Source: Betaproteobacteria bacterium (GTDB taxonomy: Bacteria; Pseudomonadota; Gammaproteobacteria; Burkholderiales; SG8-41). From it: a stretch of DNA of 64,000 nt. The notes beneath the pieces were generated by a model. The model searched no databases and was not told the origin of the DNA. It was given only the letters and a program-made list of their open reading frames with translations. Position 1 is the stretch's first letter; the number at the start of each line of letters is the position of its first letter. Where the stretch lies: the NCBI GenBank assembly GCA_029864385.1, contig JAOTTL010000001.1:101-64100 (forward strand), given 5' to 3'. Made by a program: the position numbers and the translations under genes. Positions 8,523 through 17,585 of the stretch are shown in pieces.

Positions 8523-10499
8523 ATGGAAAGACTGAGGCATTACTTGGCCACCCATTTCGAGCAGGCGTTCGTGCTGCTCGTGCTGGTGTCGACGTTCGTC
8601 ATCAACTATTTCATTCCCGAGAAGCTTGCCTTCTTGAATTTCTATTTCCTGCCTGTCATTCTCGGCGCGTACTACCTGGGCCAGCGCCGCGCCGTGCTGG
8701 GTGCCGCGTTGTGCGTGCTGGTGATACTGGTTTACGTGGTCCTGGACCGGGGGGCATTCGTCGTTCACAACGACGAGCTGAACACCTACATGCATGTCGT
8801 CGTGTGGGCGGGATTCCTGGTGATTGCGGCGGTCGTGGTGGGCAGGCAGCACGACAAGCTCGCCGGGGAGGTGGAGACCACGCGGGCGCTGAACCAGTCG
8901 CTCAAGGCGAGCGAGCTGGCCCTGAACGACGCCAACCAAAGGCTGCGTGAGTACACGCTGAACCTCGAGGAGCGCGTGCGCGAGCGCACGTTCGAGCTGG
9001 AAGAGTCGAAGCTCGCGATCGAGGGCCTGAAGAAGAAGGTCGAGACGGCCCTCTACAGCACGATGGACCCCTCCGTGGTGAACCTGATGATCGAGGGCCG
9101 GCTGCGCAGCGAGAAGCGCAGCATGAGCATCATGTTTACCGACCTGGTCAGCTTCACGGACTACTCCGAGCGCACGGCGCCCGAAACGGTCGTCGCGGAC
9201 CTCAACCGATACCTGCAGGACATGGAGCCCGTGCTGTTCGCCTATCGCGGGCACATCGACAAGTACATGGGCGACGGCATCATGTGCGAATTCGGCGCGC
9301 CGCTCGACTACCCCATGCACCGGCTGATGGCGGTGGTGGCAGCAACCAAAATGCAGGAGGTCCTGGAGCAGAACAGCCATCCGTGGCGCATGCGCATAGG
9401 AATCGCGTCAGGCGCCGCGATCGCGGGATTGGTCGGCTCCCGGCGCCAGACCTACACTGCCATCGGCGATATCGTCAACCTCGCCGCCCGACTCGAGCAC
9501 TTCTGCACGCCCGGAGGCGTCCTGATCGACCGCTACACCTACGAGGACGTCCGCCATTTCTTCGATGCACGCAAGCTGCGCGCGCTGCCGACCCGGCCGA
9601 AAGTGGACATGCAGAAGGAGCAGCAGCTCGAGCGGCTCTACGAGAGGCTCCTGGCGCAGCCGGATGACCCGGAGCTCAGTTTCCAGGTGGGCAGCATCCA
9701 CCTGGCGCTCGAGGAGCCCCTGGAGGCGCTCAACAATTTCGAGCGCGCGCTGCAGCTCCATCCCGGCAACCCGGCCTACAAGCTCGCCTACGCCGAAGCG
9801 GGTTTGAAGCTGAAGGAATACGAGAAGATCAGCGTGAAGGGCAAGCGCCAGCGCGTCGAGGCCTACGAGGTGAGTGGCCTGAAGGACCCGTTGCGCGACC
9901 GTGCCAAGCTCCCGCGCGCTCTGCCCGACCAGCACCTGCGCGCAGTGGACGAGGCCAAGATCCCGAATGACGTGACGCTGCCCTCGGAAGTGCTCGACGG
10001 GAGCATCGGGCACTCGCGCGTGGTGGCGGCGCTGTCATACGCGATTGCCGACGTCATGCAGCTGTCGGAGCGCGACAAGCGCGAGATCCTCCAGGCGGGT
10101 TTCCTCGCCGATATCGGAAAGGAAGTGATCCCGCTGCACATTCTCAACCGCCGTGGCGCGTTGACGGCGAGCGAGTTCGACGTCGTCAAGCAGCACCCGG
10201 ACGAAGCGTGCCGCCTCATGCGCAACATGGGCTACGAGTCGCCGGCCATGCTGGCACTGGTGCGGCACAGCCACGAACGCTACGGCGGCGCCGGCTACCC
10301 CGACGGCCTGCGCGGGGAGGCTATTCCGCTAGGTGCGCGCATCATCGCGGTGGCTGACGCCTACGATGCGCTCACGTCGTGGCGGCCGCACCGTGAATCA
10401 TGGGAGAGCGCCGCGGCACTGAGGGAGATTCACAACGAAACCGAGAAGGGCGCGCTCGATCCCGCAGTGGTCGCGGCACTCGCCCGGCTTGTCGCCTAG
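8523..10499 (+). CDS. membrane-anchored class III adenylate/guanylate cyclase fused to a degenerate HD-GYP domain
   Basis: N-terminal hydrophobic helices and a coiled-coil. Cyclase motifs FTDLVSFTD, KYMGDGIMCEF, TAIGDIVNLAARLE, VKGKRQRVEAYEV. C-terminal HD-GYP-like region with GFLADIGK and SHERYGGAGYPDGL. Confidence 0.8.
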   Translation: MERLRHYLATHFEQAFVLLVLVSTFVINYFIPEKLAFLNFYFLPVILGAYYLGQRRAVLGAALCVLVILVYVVLDRGAFVVHNDELNTYMHVVVWAGFLVIAAVVVGRQHDKLAGEVETTRALNQSLKASELALNDANQRLREYTLNLEERVRERTFELEESKLAIEGLKKKVETALYSTMDPSVVNLMIEGRLRSEKRSMSIMFTDLVSFTDYSERTAPETVVADLNRYLQDMEPVLFAYRGHIDKYMGDGIMCEFGAPLDYPMHRLMAVVAATKMQEVLEQNSHPWRMRIGIASGAAIAGLVGSRRQTYTAIGDIVNLAARLEHFCTPGGVLIDRYTYEDVRHFFDARKLRALPTRPKVDMQKEQQLERLYERLLAQPDDPELSFQVGSIHLALEEPLEALNNFERALQLHPGNPAYKLAYAEAGLKLKEYEKISVKGKRQRVEAYEVSGLKDPLRDRAKLPRALPDQHLRAVDEAKIPNDVTLPSEVLDGSIGHSRVVAALSYAIADVMQLSERDKREILQAGFLADIGKEVIPLHILNRRGALTASEFDVVKQHPDEACRLMRNMGYESPAMLALVRHSHERYGGAGYPDGLRGEAIPLGARIIAVADAYDALTSWRPHRESWESAAALREIHNETEKGALDPAVVAALARLVA

Positions 10500-10527
10500 G
10501 CTGGCGCCGCAAACACCCTCCGCTGTA

Positions 10528-11502
10528 TCACTTGGTGATATTGAGCTTCTTGAGCAAAGCACCCAGTCTCGTGTAGTCCGCGTTCAGCCTCTTCCCGAGG
10601 TCCGCCGGCGTGCCCGTCACGGTCTCGACGCCCTTGTTCCTCCAGATCTTCCTGGCTTCGGCCGAGTCGACGATCTTCTTGATCTCCGAGTTGAGCCGTT
10701 TGATGATCGCAGGCGATGTACCGACGGGCGCGAAAACGCCTTCCCAGCTCAGCACTTCGTAGCCGGGCAGCCCGGACTCATCGATGGTTGGCACATTGGG
10801 CATCAGCGGGTTGCGCTTCTTGGCCGTCATCCCCAGCGCGCGCAGCTTGCCTTGTTTGATGTACGGATACGAGATGGGGATCAGGCCGAACATCAGGTCG
10901 GCACGCCCGGCGAGCAGATCAATGAGGGCATTCGCGCTGCCACGGTACGGGATGTGCACGATGTCGATCTTCGCGCCGATCTTGAAGAGCTCCGCCGACA
11001 GGTGGAAATTGCTGCCGACGCCGGACGTGGCAAAGTTCAGCACCCCGGGCTGCTTGCGCGCGAGCGCGATCAGCTGCTTCGTCGTCTTCGCCGGCACCGA
11101 CGGATGCACCACCAGCACCAGCCCGTAGTCGCTCACCTGGATGATCGGCGCGAGCCGTTTCCTGGGATCCCAGCCATCCTTCGCGTTGAGATGCGGGCTG
11201 ATGGCGACGAACGATGACGGCTCGAGCAGCAGCGTGTAGCCGTCGGGTGCCGCCCCGGAAGCCAGGCGGTTCGCGATCATGCCGGTCGCGCCGGGCCGGT
11301 TCTCGACCACCACCTGCTGATTGAACACGCGGCTCAGATGCTTGGCGAGCACGCGCGAAGTCTGATCCGCCCCGCCGCCCGGCCCTGAGCCGGTGAACAG
11401 CCGCACCGGCTTCGTCGGATACGATTGCGCCAGCCCCAACCCCGGGATGACGAACAGCGCCGCGACCGCGGCGCAACATAACCCCTTGGAAAACTTTGCC
11501 AT
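10528..11502 (-). CDS. Bug family tripartite tricarboxylate transporter substrate-binding protein (TctC-like)
   Basis: ATG at 11502 preceded by AAGGAGGAG. Signal peptide MAKFSKGLCCAAVAALFVIPGLGLAQSYPTKPVRL, typical Bug N-terminus. About 325 aa. Confidence 0.85.
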   Translation of the reverse strand: MAKFSKGLCCAAVAALFVIPGLGLAQSYPTKPVRLFTGSGPGGGADQTSRVLAKHLSRVFNQQVVVENRPGATGMIANRLASGAAPDGYTLLLEPSSFVAISPHLNAKDGWDPRKRLAPIIQVSDYGLVLVVHPSVPAKTTKQLIALARKQPGVLNFATSGVGSNFHLSAELFKIGAKIDIVHIPYRGSANALIDLLAGRADLMFGLIPISYPYIKQGKLRALGMTAKKRNPLMPNVPTIDESGLPGYEVLSWEGVFAPVGTSPAIIKRLNSEIKKIVDSAEARKIWRNKGVETVTGTPADLGKRLNADYTRLGALLKKLNITK

Positions 11503-11637
11503 GAGCTCCTCCTTGTTATTGACACTCGCCCTTGCAGGCCCTCTCACGAAGGGTAGCACTTGATGACTGCAAGAAAAGAATAAGTGACGACTGATGGGCT
11601 GTAAACCGCCGTCAATGATATGCGTTGTTGGTGCTTA

Positions 11638-12003
11638 ATGGACCGTCCATCCGCCCATCAAATTTTGCTGGCATGGCGCGAGGCCATTGCCCTGGTAGAG
11701 GCCGTATACCGGGACACCGCGTGTTTCCCGAAGGAGGAAACCTTCGGCCTGACGGCGCAGCTCCGGCGAGCCGCGGTCTCCATTCCTTCGAATGTTGCAG
11801 AAGGCGCGGCAAGGAATACGTCGGGGGAGTTGGTTTAGTTCCTCGGGATCGCCTGCGGATCGCTGGCGGAAGACGAGACACAGCTGTTGGTGGCCATTCG
11901 ATCGGGCTTTCTAAAGGCGGACGCCGCGTCCGTCACCCAAACCGCCCGTGTCGGCAAGTTGGTGAGGTCCCTGCGCAAGTCCCGTAAAAACCAAGGTAAA
12001 TAG
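11638..12003 (+). pseudogene. four-helix-bundle protein (23S rRNA intervening-sequence protein family) interrupted by an in-frame TAG
   Basis: Family motifs FPKEETFGLTAQLRRAAVSIPSNVAEGAARN lie before the TAG at 11836-11838. FLGIACGSLAEDETQLLVA continues in the same frame to TAG 12001-12003. Confidence 0.7.
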
Positions 12004-12016
12004 ACCGCCCCTTTTT

Positions 12017-12098
12017 GTCACTGCTTTCCATCCCGTCTGTCGTCACCTCTTCAGGTGTCGTCAGCCGTCACCGCTTCAGCCGCCGTCAGTCGTCACTT
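12017..12098. repeat. TCAC-type word array (GTCGTCAC / GCCGTCAC / GTCAGTCGTCAC)
   Basis: Repeated xGTCAC words on the plus strand upstream of the endonuclease gene. Confidence 0.6.
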
Positions 12099-12162
12099 CG
12101 TTGGTATGTACACTAAAATTGGGTGTCTCCCACCTACCCTTGGCAATGTTAGAACAGAAGCA

Positions 12163-12882
12163 ATGTTAGAACGAAGAAAAACGAGCTTTCTCGCCACCCT
12201 CGCCGACACGCCGTGGTGGATCGCCTTGGTCCTTGCGGTCATCGCCTACCTGTTCATGCGCTTCGGGTTTGCGGCGCTGATGCCGCCGGACAGGACGGCG
12301 CAGACCGTGGCGGATGGCATGGCGCAGATGGCCTGGGTCTTTACGCTGCCGTTCCTGCTCGCCGCGGTCGTGTCGCTGCTGCGGCGGGTGTTTCGCGGGC
12401 GGTCGCGCGACCAGCGCGGGAGCCTTGTTGCGCTCCGCGTATTGCCGCGGCATCGGTTTGAGCTCTTGGTGGCCGAGGCCTTCGGGCGGCAAGGCTACGT
12501 GGTCGAACCGCGCGGCAGCCGCGCGCCGGACGGCGCGGTCGACCTGGAATTGTGGCAGGACGGTAGGAAGAGTATCGTGCGGTGCCGGCACTGGCAGGCG
12601 CGCCAGGTTGGCGCCCCCCTGATCCGCGAGCTCTATGACGCGATGAGAGCCGAGCGAGCGGACGAGGCGATCTTCCTTTCGAGTGGGCACTATACCCACG
12701 AGGCGTGGCAATTTGGGGGGGGCAAGCCCCTTCGCCTGATCGACGGCGACGGGCTGCTGCATCTCCTGGCGGGCGTTTGGGACGTGCCGCCGGCGCGCGC
12801 CGGTCATGTCCAGTCGCGCGTCGAGCCGCGCATTGGCGCCCTGGGCGAAGATCGTGACCAGCGACCCGTGCTCAAGAAGTGA
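12163..12882 (+). CDS. restriction endonuclease (Mrr-catalytic-domain) protein with N-terminal transmembrane segments
   Basis: FELLVAEAFGRQGYVVEPRGSRAPDGAVDLELW...IVRCRHW resembles the Mrr_cat core. N-terminal hydrophobic helices. ATG at 12163. The stop TGA lies inside a GTGATGAGTGACGG repeat. Confidence 0.65.
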   Translation: MLERRKTSFLATLADTPWWIALVLAVIAYLFMRFGFAALMPPDRTAQTVADGMAQMAWVFTLPFLLAAVVSLLRRVFRGRSRDQRGSLVALRVLPRHRFELLVAEAFGRQGYVVEPRGSRAPDGAVDLELWQDGRKSIVRCRHWQARQVGAPLIRELYDAMRAERADEAIFLSSGHYTHEAWQFGGGKPLRLIDGDGLLHLLAGVWDVPPARAGHVQSRVEPRIGALGEDRDQRPVLKK

Positions 12883-13005
12883 TGAGTGACGGGTGACGCG
12901 TGACGGTTCGGTCCACTCACCATTCACGGAAGTTAATGAACCGCCGAGACGCCGAGAGAAGCAACAGTTAAGAGCAGTTAGTCGTCACCCATCACGCCGT
13001 TCTTG
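12879..13005. repeat. mosaic element homologous to 1264..1436
   Basis: Shares GTGAYGRGTGACGGGTGACG, GACGGTTCRGTCCACTCACCATTCAC and ATGAACCGCCRAGACGCSRAGAGAAGCAA, and ends with TCACCCATCAC. Confidence 0.85.
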
Positions 13006-13025
13006 CCGAACGCAGGAGGCTACCC

Positions 13026-13904
13026 ATGCGCAACCCGCACGATCTCATCCCCTTTTCCGCTATCGTCGATCGGCCGCGGCTGCGGCTGCCGGGCAACGCG
13101 CGGCTGGTGGTGTGGCCGGTCGTCAACATCGAGCAGTGGGAAATCGTGCGGCCGATGGCGCGCCAGGTCATTCCCGCGCCAAGCGGGGTGTCGGTCGTGC
13201 CGGATTTTCCGAACTGGAGCTGGCACGAGTACGGGATGCGCGTCGGCATCTGGCGGATTTTCGATGCGCTGGCGAAATACGGCATCACGCCCACGCTCTC
13301 GATCAACGCCAACGTGTGCAACGTTTACCCGCGCGTGGCGCAGGCCGCGGTCGACGCCGGCTGGGAGTTCCTCGGCCACAGCTTCGTGCAGATGCCGATC
13401 CACCAGCTCGAGGACCAGCGCGCAGTGATTCACAAGTCGCTCGACACGATCGAAAAGTTCACGGGCAAGCGCCCGCTCGGCTGGATGGGCCCGGGGCTCA
13501 CTCAAACCTACGAGACGGTCGACTATCTTGCGGAAGCGGGCGTCAAGTACGTCGCGGACTGGGTGCTCGACGACCAGCCGTGCGAGCTCACGACCGCGCA
13601 CGGGTCCCTGATCGCGATCCCCTACACCGTCGAGTTGAACGACATCCCCATGATGATCGTGCAGCACCACGAGTCTGATCATTTCATGAAGCGCTCGATG
13701 GAGAGCTTCGACCGGCTCTACCAGGAGGGCGCCGACATCGTGCGCGTCATGGCGATCGCAATGCATCCGTACATCACGGGCCAGCCCTTCCGTATTAACT
13801 ATTTCGAGCGGCTGCTTGAGTACATGAAGGGCTACGAGGGTGTCCTCTTCTGGACCGGGGAGCAGATTTATGACTGGTATCTCGACGCCCGAAAAAAACC
13901 GTGA
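13026..13904 (+). CDS. polysaccharide deacetylase family protein (PuuE/allantoinase-like)
   Basis: 292-aa ORF. WSWHEYGMRVGIWRIFDALAKYGITPTLSINANV and GWEFLGHSF are typical of the NodB-fold deacetylase/PuuE group. Confidence 0.7.
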   Translation: MRNPHDLIPFSAIVDRPRLRLPGNARLVVWPVVNIEQWEIVRPMARQVIPAPSGVSVVPDFPNWSWHEYGMRVGIWRIFDALAKYGITPTLSINANVCNVYPRVAQAAVDAGWEFLGHSFVQMPIHQLEDQRAVIHKSLDTIEKFTGKRPLGWMGPGLTQTYETVDYLAEAGVKYVADWVLDDQPCELTTAHGSLIAIPYTVELNDIPMMIVQHHESDHFMKRSMESFDRLYQEGADIVRVMAIAMHPYITGQPFRINYFERLLEYMKGYEGVLFWTGEQIYDWYLDARKKP

Positions 13905-14179
13905 CTAGTGACTGGTGACCAGAACAAACCAAGAACGAATTTAACCGCAGATAAACGCAGATACACAGAGATAGAACAACAACCAAATGCTTTATCAGCC
14001 GCCGATATACGCCGATAAGCTCCAACATTGAACTGCCAAGACGCCAAGAGAAGCGAGAATTGGGAGCACTTACTCATCACTCGTCACGCCTCTCAACCCC
14101 GTCAGTCGTCAGTCGTCACGCTTCTCCAACCGCCGGCAGCCGTCACTTCTTAAGCTCGAGTCACAAGCCACTGGTCACG
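13901..14179. repeat. large mosaic element (GTGACTAGTGACTGGTGAC, CGCAGATAAA words, inverted copy of the 6694..6784 module, TCAC-type right arm)
   Basis: 13991..14073 is the reverse complement of 6694..6784 with few mismatches by eye. Confidence 0.85.
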
Positions 14180-14217
14180 ATGTATCATGTGATCCGTTAC
14201 CAAGAAAGATTCGTCTC

Positions 14218-15102
14218 ATGACCGAAGAAGCGAACCTGCTGCGTCTGGGCATCCCGAAAGGCAGCCTGCAGGACACCACCCAGAAGCTTTTCATCCGCGC
14301 CGGCTACGACTTGCGCATCTCCGGCCGGTCCTACTACCCGGACATCGACGACCCGGAGATGCAGTGCATCCTGATCCGCCCGCAGGAGATGGCACGCTAC
14401 GTGGGGCAGGGGATCCTCGACTGCGCGATCACAGGGCTCGACTGGATTCTGGAGAACGACGAGCACGTGGCAGAGCTCGCCGACTTGAAGGCACCGTGGC
14501 CGAACTACGGCGTCGTGCGCTGGGTGCTCGCTTCCAAGGAGAACTCTTCGTTTCACACGGTGAAGGATCTCGAGGGCCGGCGCATCGCCACCGAGGCGGT
14601 GGGCATGACCAAGCGCTTCCTGGCGAAGCACGGCGTGAAGGCGAGCGTCGAGTTCTCCTGGGGCGCGACCGAGGTGAAGCCCCCGATTCTGGCCGACGCC
14701 ATCGTGGACGTGTCGGAGACCGGCTCGTCGCTGCGCGCCAACGATCTCAAGATCATGGATGTGGTGCTCCAGAGCACGCCGCGCTTCATCGCCAACCACG
14801 CGGCCTGCAAGGACGGCTGGAAGCGCGGCAAGATGGACCGGGTGCTGATGATGCTCAAAGGGGCCATCGCCGCCGCGACGCGCGTGCTGCTCTCGATGAA
14901 CGTGCAGCGGAAGAACGTCGACACGGTGCTGAAATTACTGCCGGCGCTGGCGACGCCCACGGTCTCCACGCTCGCCGACCCCGAGTGGGTGGATCTCAGC
15001 ACGGTGGTGGAAGAGAAATTGGTGCGGGAGCTGATTCCGCGGCTCTACGAGGTGGGGGCGCGGGGGATTATCGAGCTGCCGATCAACAAGATCGTTGATT
15101 GA
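14218..15102 (+). CDS. hisG: ATP phosphoribosyltransferase, long form
   Basis: LRLGIPKGSLQDTTQKLF, DCAITGLDWILE and VDVSETGSSLRANDLK motifs plus a C-terminal regulatory domain. 294 aa. Confidence 0.85.
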   Translation: MTEEANLLRLGIPKGSLQDTTQKLFIRAGYDLRISGRSYYPDIDDPEMQCILIRPQEMARYVGQGILDCAITGLDWILENDEHVAELADLKAPWPNYGVVRWVLASKENSSFHTVKDLEGRRIATEAVGMTKRFLAKHGVKASVEFSWGATEVKPPILADAIVDVSETGSSLRANDLKIMDVVLQSTPRFIANHAACKDGWKRGKMDRVLMMLKGAIAAATRVLLSMNVQRKNVDTVLKLLPALATPTVSTLADPEWVDLSTVVEEKLVRELIPRLYEVGARGIIELPINKIVD

Positions 15103-15109
15103 AAAGCAT

Positions 15110-15262
15110 TAGCCACAGATAAACACAGATACAACGAAAATCAAAACCGAATATTGGCCGTCAATTCACGCGGATTAATGCCGATCACAGAGCCGTGAAT
15201 CGGAGGCGAAACGCACCGCACCTCTCTGAACGCCAGTCACAAGTTACAGGTGACGGGGTTCA
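15110..15262. repeat. mosaic element (CACAGATAAACACAGATA, GTGAATCGG, CAGTCAC...GTGACGGGG)
   Basis: Shares the TTAGCC(R)CAGATAAAC module with 13940, 26535, 28247 and 47145. Confidence 0.6.
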
Positions 15263-15301
15263 AAGTCTTCAGCCTCCTGATTTCTGCCTTCGGGGCGCCC
15301 A

Positions 15302-15622
15302 TCACCAGTCCTGATTCACGGGTGGCGAAAACCGGACGCTAGGGGCCGTGACGTCCCGGGACGCCAGCGTCGCCGGTGCGATCCTGAATGAGGTGCCGAC
15401 AGACCCGTCCCGGACCCACTCGAGTAGGTAGTCGATGTTCGGGACGAGCCGACCTGCTCCGTATTCTTCCTCAACGATCCGCAACGCGTGCACGACGTTG
15501 TCGTGCCACGAGATATCGTCGAAATCTGCTTCGGTCCAGTGTAGGGTATCTTCGGGCGGCGGGTTGTCAGCCTTTGTCGCTACTGGAGCCCATCGAGCGC
15601 TCTTATCGTGTCCCCGATTCGT
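15302..15622 (-). pseudogene. start-less gene fragment (possible orphan immunity-like protein remnant)
   Basis: The open frame between stop 15623-15625 and 15302 reads ...TLHWTEADFDDISWHDNVVHALRIVEEEYGAGRLVPNIDYLLEWV. There is no ATG/GTG/TTG before GTG 15493. AT-richer than the surroundings. Confidence 0.25.
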
Positions 15623-16092
15623 TTAATTATTTTCTCGTCCCCGTCAACATAAGGGTACTTCGAGACGTGTACGTCGACGCATTTATCCATTTTTGTGAAG
15701 TAAAAATGGCCGTTCGATGCTTTAGCGTGCTGGCCGCGATATTCACCTTCGATGTTATACGTGACAGCACTGAACACATCTGAGGAGTACATCCGCACTG
15801 TTGTCTGATCGATGATGGGATTCCGAGCGGTCTTGGACCAATGCGCATCCCGACACCGCTCGTCACTTTCCGCGCCCGAGTTTTCCGTGTGGACACTGAG
15901 GGTGATGCCCGTAACCGTCTCGCTCGCGATGAAGCGGAACCGTCCGTCCCTCGACTTGCCATCGAGGTTCAGGATAGGCGGCACATCAATGAATAGATGC
16001 CAGCCGTCTCCCGGGATGGTTACCACCATCGGTTCAGCATGCACCCAAGCGCTGATAACCAACGTCAGCCATATCGCCGCGGCCTTTCTCAT
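15580..16092 (-). CDS. hypothetical secreted protein
   Basis: ATG 16092 with RBS GAGGAAG. Signal peptide MRKAAAIWLTLVISAWVHA. No recognisable family. Lies in an AT-richer islet. Confidence 0.5.
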   Translation of the reverse strand: MRKAAAIWLTLVISAWVHAEPMVVTIPGDGWHLFIDVPPILNLDGKSRDGRFRFIASETVTGITLSVHTENSGAESDERCRDAHWSKTARNPIIDQTTVRMYSSDVFSAVTYNIEGEYRGQHAKASNGHFYFTKMDKCVDVHVSKYPYVDGDEKIIKRIGDTIRALDGLQ

Positions 16093-16197
16093 AGAAACTT
16101 CCTCACGTGATGCCAACGCTGCGTTAAGCAGCCGCCCGGTAACGCGGCTTGGGCGAGCGTAACCGGCGGCCTGAACGCTTTGCCGGGCGTGCATTGA

Positions 16198-16482
16198 TTA
16201 AAATGTTGTTGCAGCCTTTTGTATGTCTGAGTAGATGAGACAAGGATCTTCCCCGTTCTTCAGGCGCGTTTTCCAATCCGCGACCAAACGTCGGCGCTTT
16301 TCGATTCGCTCCGGGCGGCTACGCGGCTCGGCTAGAGATTGTTCGGCGGACGCGATCATGTGCTCAGCTCCGTATCGGCATCGGCCTTTCGAATCATCGG
16401 GAAGGACCGCGCGCCCCGTTTGCTGCGACCAGGACAACGTCGCCAATCCCGTCAGCATGACGAATAGCAGGAATCTGTGCAT
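16198..16482 (-). CDS. hypothetical small secreted protein
   Basis: ATG 16482 with RBS GAGGTG. Signal peptide MHRFLLFVMLTGLATLSWS. About 94 aa, no recognisable family. Confidence 0.45.
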   Translation of the reverse strand: MHRFLLFVMLTGLATLSWSQQTGRAVLPDDSKGRCRYGAEHMIASAEQSLAEPRSRPERIEKRRRLVADWKTRLKNGEDPCLIYSDIQKAATTF

Positions 16483-16503
16483 GTTTTCACACCTCGCGGC
16501 GGC

Positions 16504-16576
16504 CATGGGGTCAGCGTGGCCATTTTGTGGCCGCCGCGCTGCCAAGGAAAAAAAAAGTTACACTGCCCCCATTTAC
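16504..16576. repeat. doublet of second REP-like family (ATGGGGTCAGCGTGG ... AGTTACACTGCCCCCATTTAC)
   Basis: Imperfect inverted arms. A further CCCCATTTACAG copy lies at 16588-16600. Confidence 0.6.
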
Positions 16577-16625
16577 AGGCACACCCACCCCATTTACAGT
16601 CACCGCTCGTTATTCGGAGCCGGAC

Positions 16626-17516
16626 ATGTTTACTCGTATCGACCACGTGATGATTTGCGTGCCCGACCTGCAGCAGGGCATGGAGAAGTTCAGCAAGATG
16701 GGCTTCAACGTTCATGCGGGTGGCGTGCACACCGGCAAGGGCACCCATAATGCCATCGCGTTCAACCAGGACGACTACATCGAGTTGCTGGCGATTCGCG
16801 ATATGGCGGAGCACCAGGCGAGCGCCGGAGCGCCCGGGAATTCGCACGCGGGCCTCGCGCAGTTCATCGAGGCGGGCGGCGGACTTCGCTACCTCATTCT
16901 GCAAAGCGACGACTTGACGGCGGAAGTCGCCGCCATGCGCAGCCGCGGCGTGGACGTGAGCGACGCGATGGACCGCGGCCGGCGTACTCCGGCCGGGCAG
17001 GAGTTGCGTTGGAAAGCTGCCGTGCTCGGGCCCAAGAACCCGCTGCCGATCTTTTTCATCGAGCACCTGACGCCGATCGAGGAGCGCCGCAAGCAGGTGC
17101 CGGACGCCGGCAAGCATCCCAATGCTGTGTTCACCATCGAGCGCGCCTACGTCGTCACGCCGGAGGCCGAGGCCGCCGCGGCGCTATACGCGAAGGTGCT
17201 GGGCGTGCCCCAGCCGCCAATGCAACGGGGCATGGTGATCATGTCGGACATGGTGGTGTTCCAGTTGGGCCCAACGGGTCTCGGCATTGCCCAGCCCTAT
17301 GCGCCGGGGCCCGGTGCCGAGGCGCTGGAGCGCCGCGGTCCGGGTCCGTTCCAGGTGTTGTACCGCACCAAGAGCATGGGCGCGGCCGCGCGTTGGATGC
17401 AGGAGCACGGCATGCCACCGCTGGCGCGCGGTGTGCGGAACACCGGCGAGCAGGCAATGCTGGTGCCTCCCGGCGAAGCCTGCGGGGCATACATCGGCTT
17501 TGTGGGGCCGGAGTAG
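16626..17516 (+). CDS. VOC (glyoxalase/bleomycin-resistance/dioxygenase) family protein
   Basis: ATG 16626 after GGAG. MFTRIDHVMICVPDLQQGMEKFSKMGFNVHAGGVHTGKGTHNAIAF is a typical glyoxalase-like fold N-terminus. Confidence 0.7.
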   Translation: MFTRIDHVMICVPDLQQGMEKFSKMGFNVHAGGVHTGKGTHNAIAFNQDDYIELLAIRDMAEHQASAGAPGNSHAGLAQFIEAGGGLRYLILQSDDLTAEVAAMRSRGVDVSDAMDRGRRTPAGQELRWKAAVLGPKNPLPIFFIEHLTPIEERRKQVPDAGKHPNAVFTIERAYVVTPEAEAAAALYAKVLGVPQPPMQRGMVIMSDMVVFQLGPTGLGIAQPYAPGPGAEALERRGPGPFQVLYRTKSMGAAARWMQEHGMPPLARGVRNTGEQAMLVPPGEACGAYIGFVGPE

Positions 17517-17526
17517 CGCCGATGCT

Positions 17527-17585
17527 CACGGAACGGTGAACGGTGAACGGACTGGAACTTCCGTAAATCGTGAATCGTGAATCGG
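17527..17585 (+). repeat. heptamer arrays GGTGAAC x2 and CGTGAAT x2
   Basis: Read directly, downstream of the VOC gene. Confidence 0.75.

Noticed and set aside
12144-12172. 12-nt direct repeat CAATGTTAGAAC x2 at the start of the endonuclease gene.
   Set aside because: It is real in the sequence but short and single-locus. The first copy opens only a 7-codon ORF. There is no basis for a regulatory claim beyond a local duplication.
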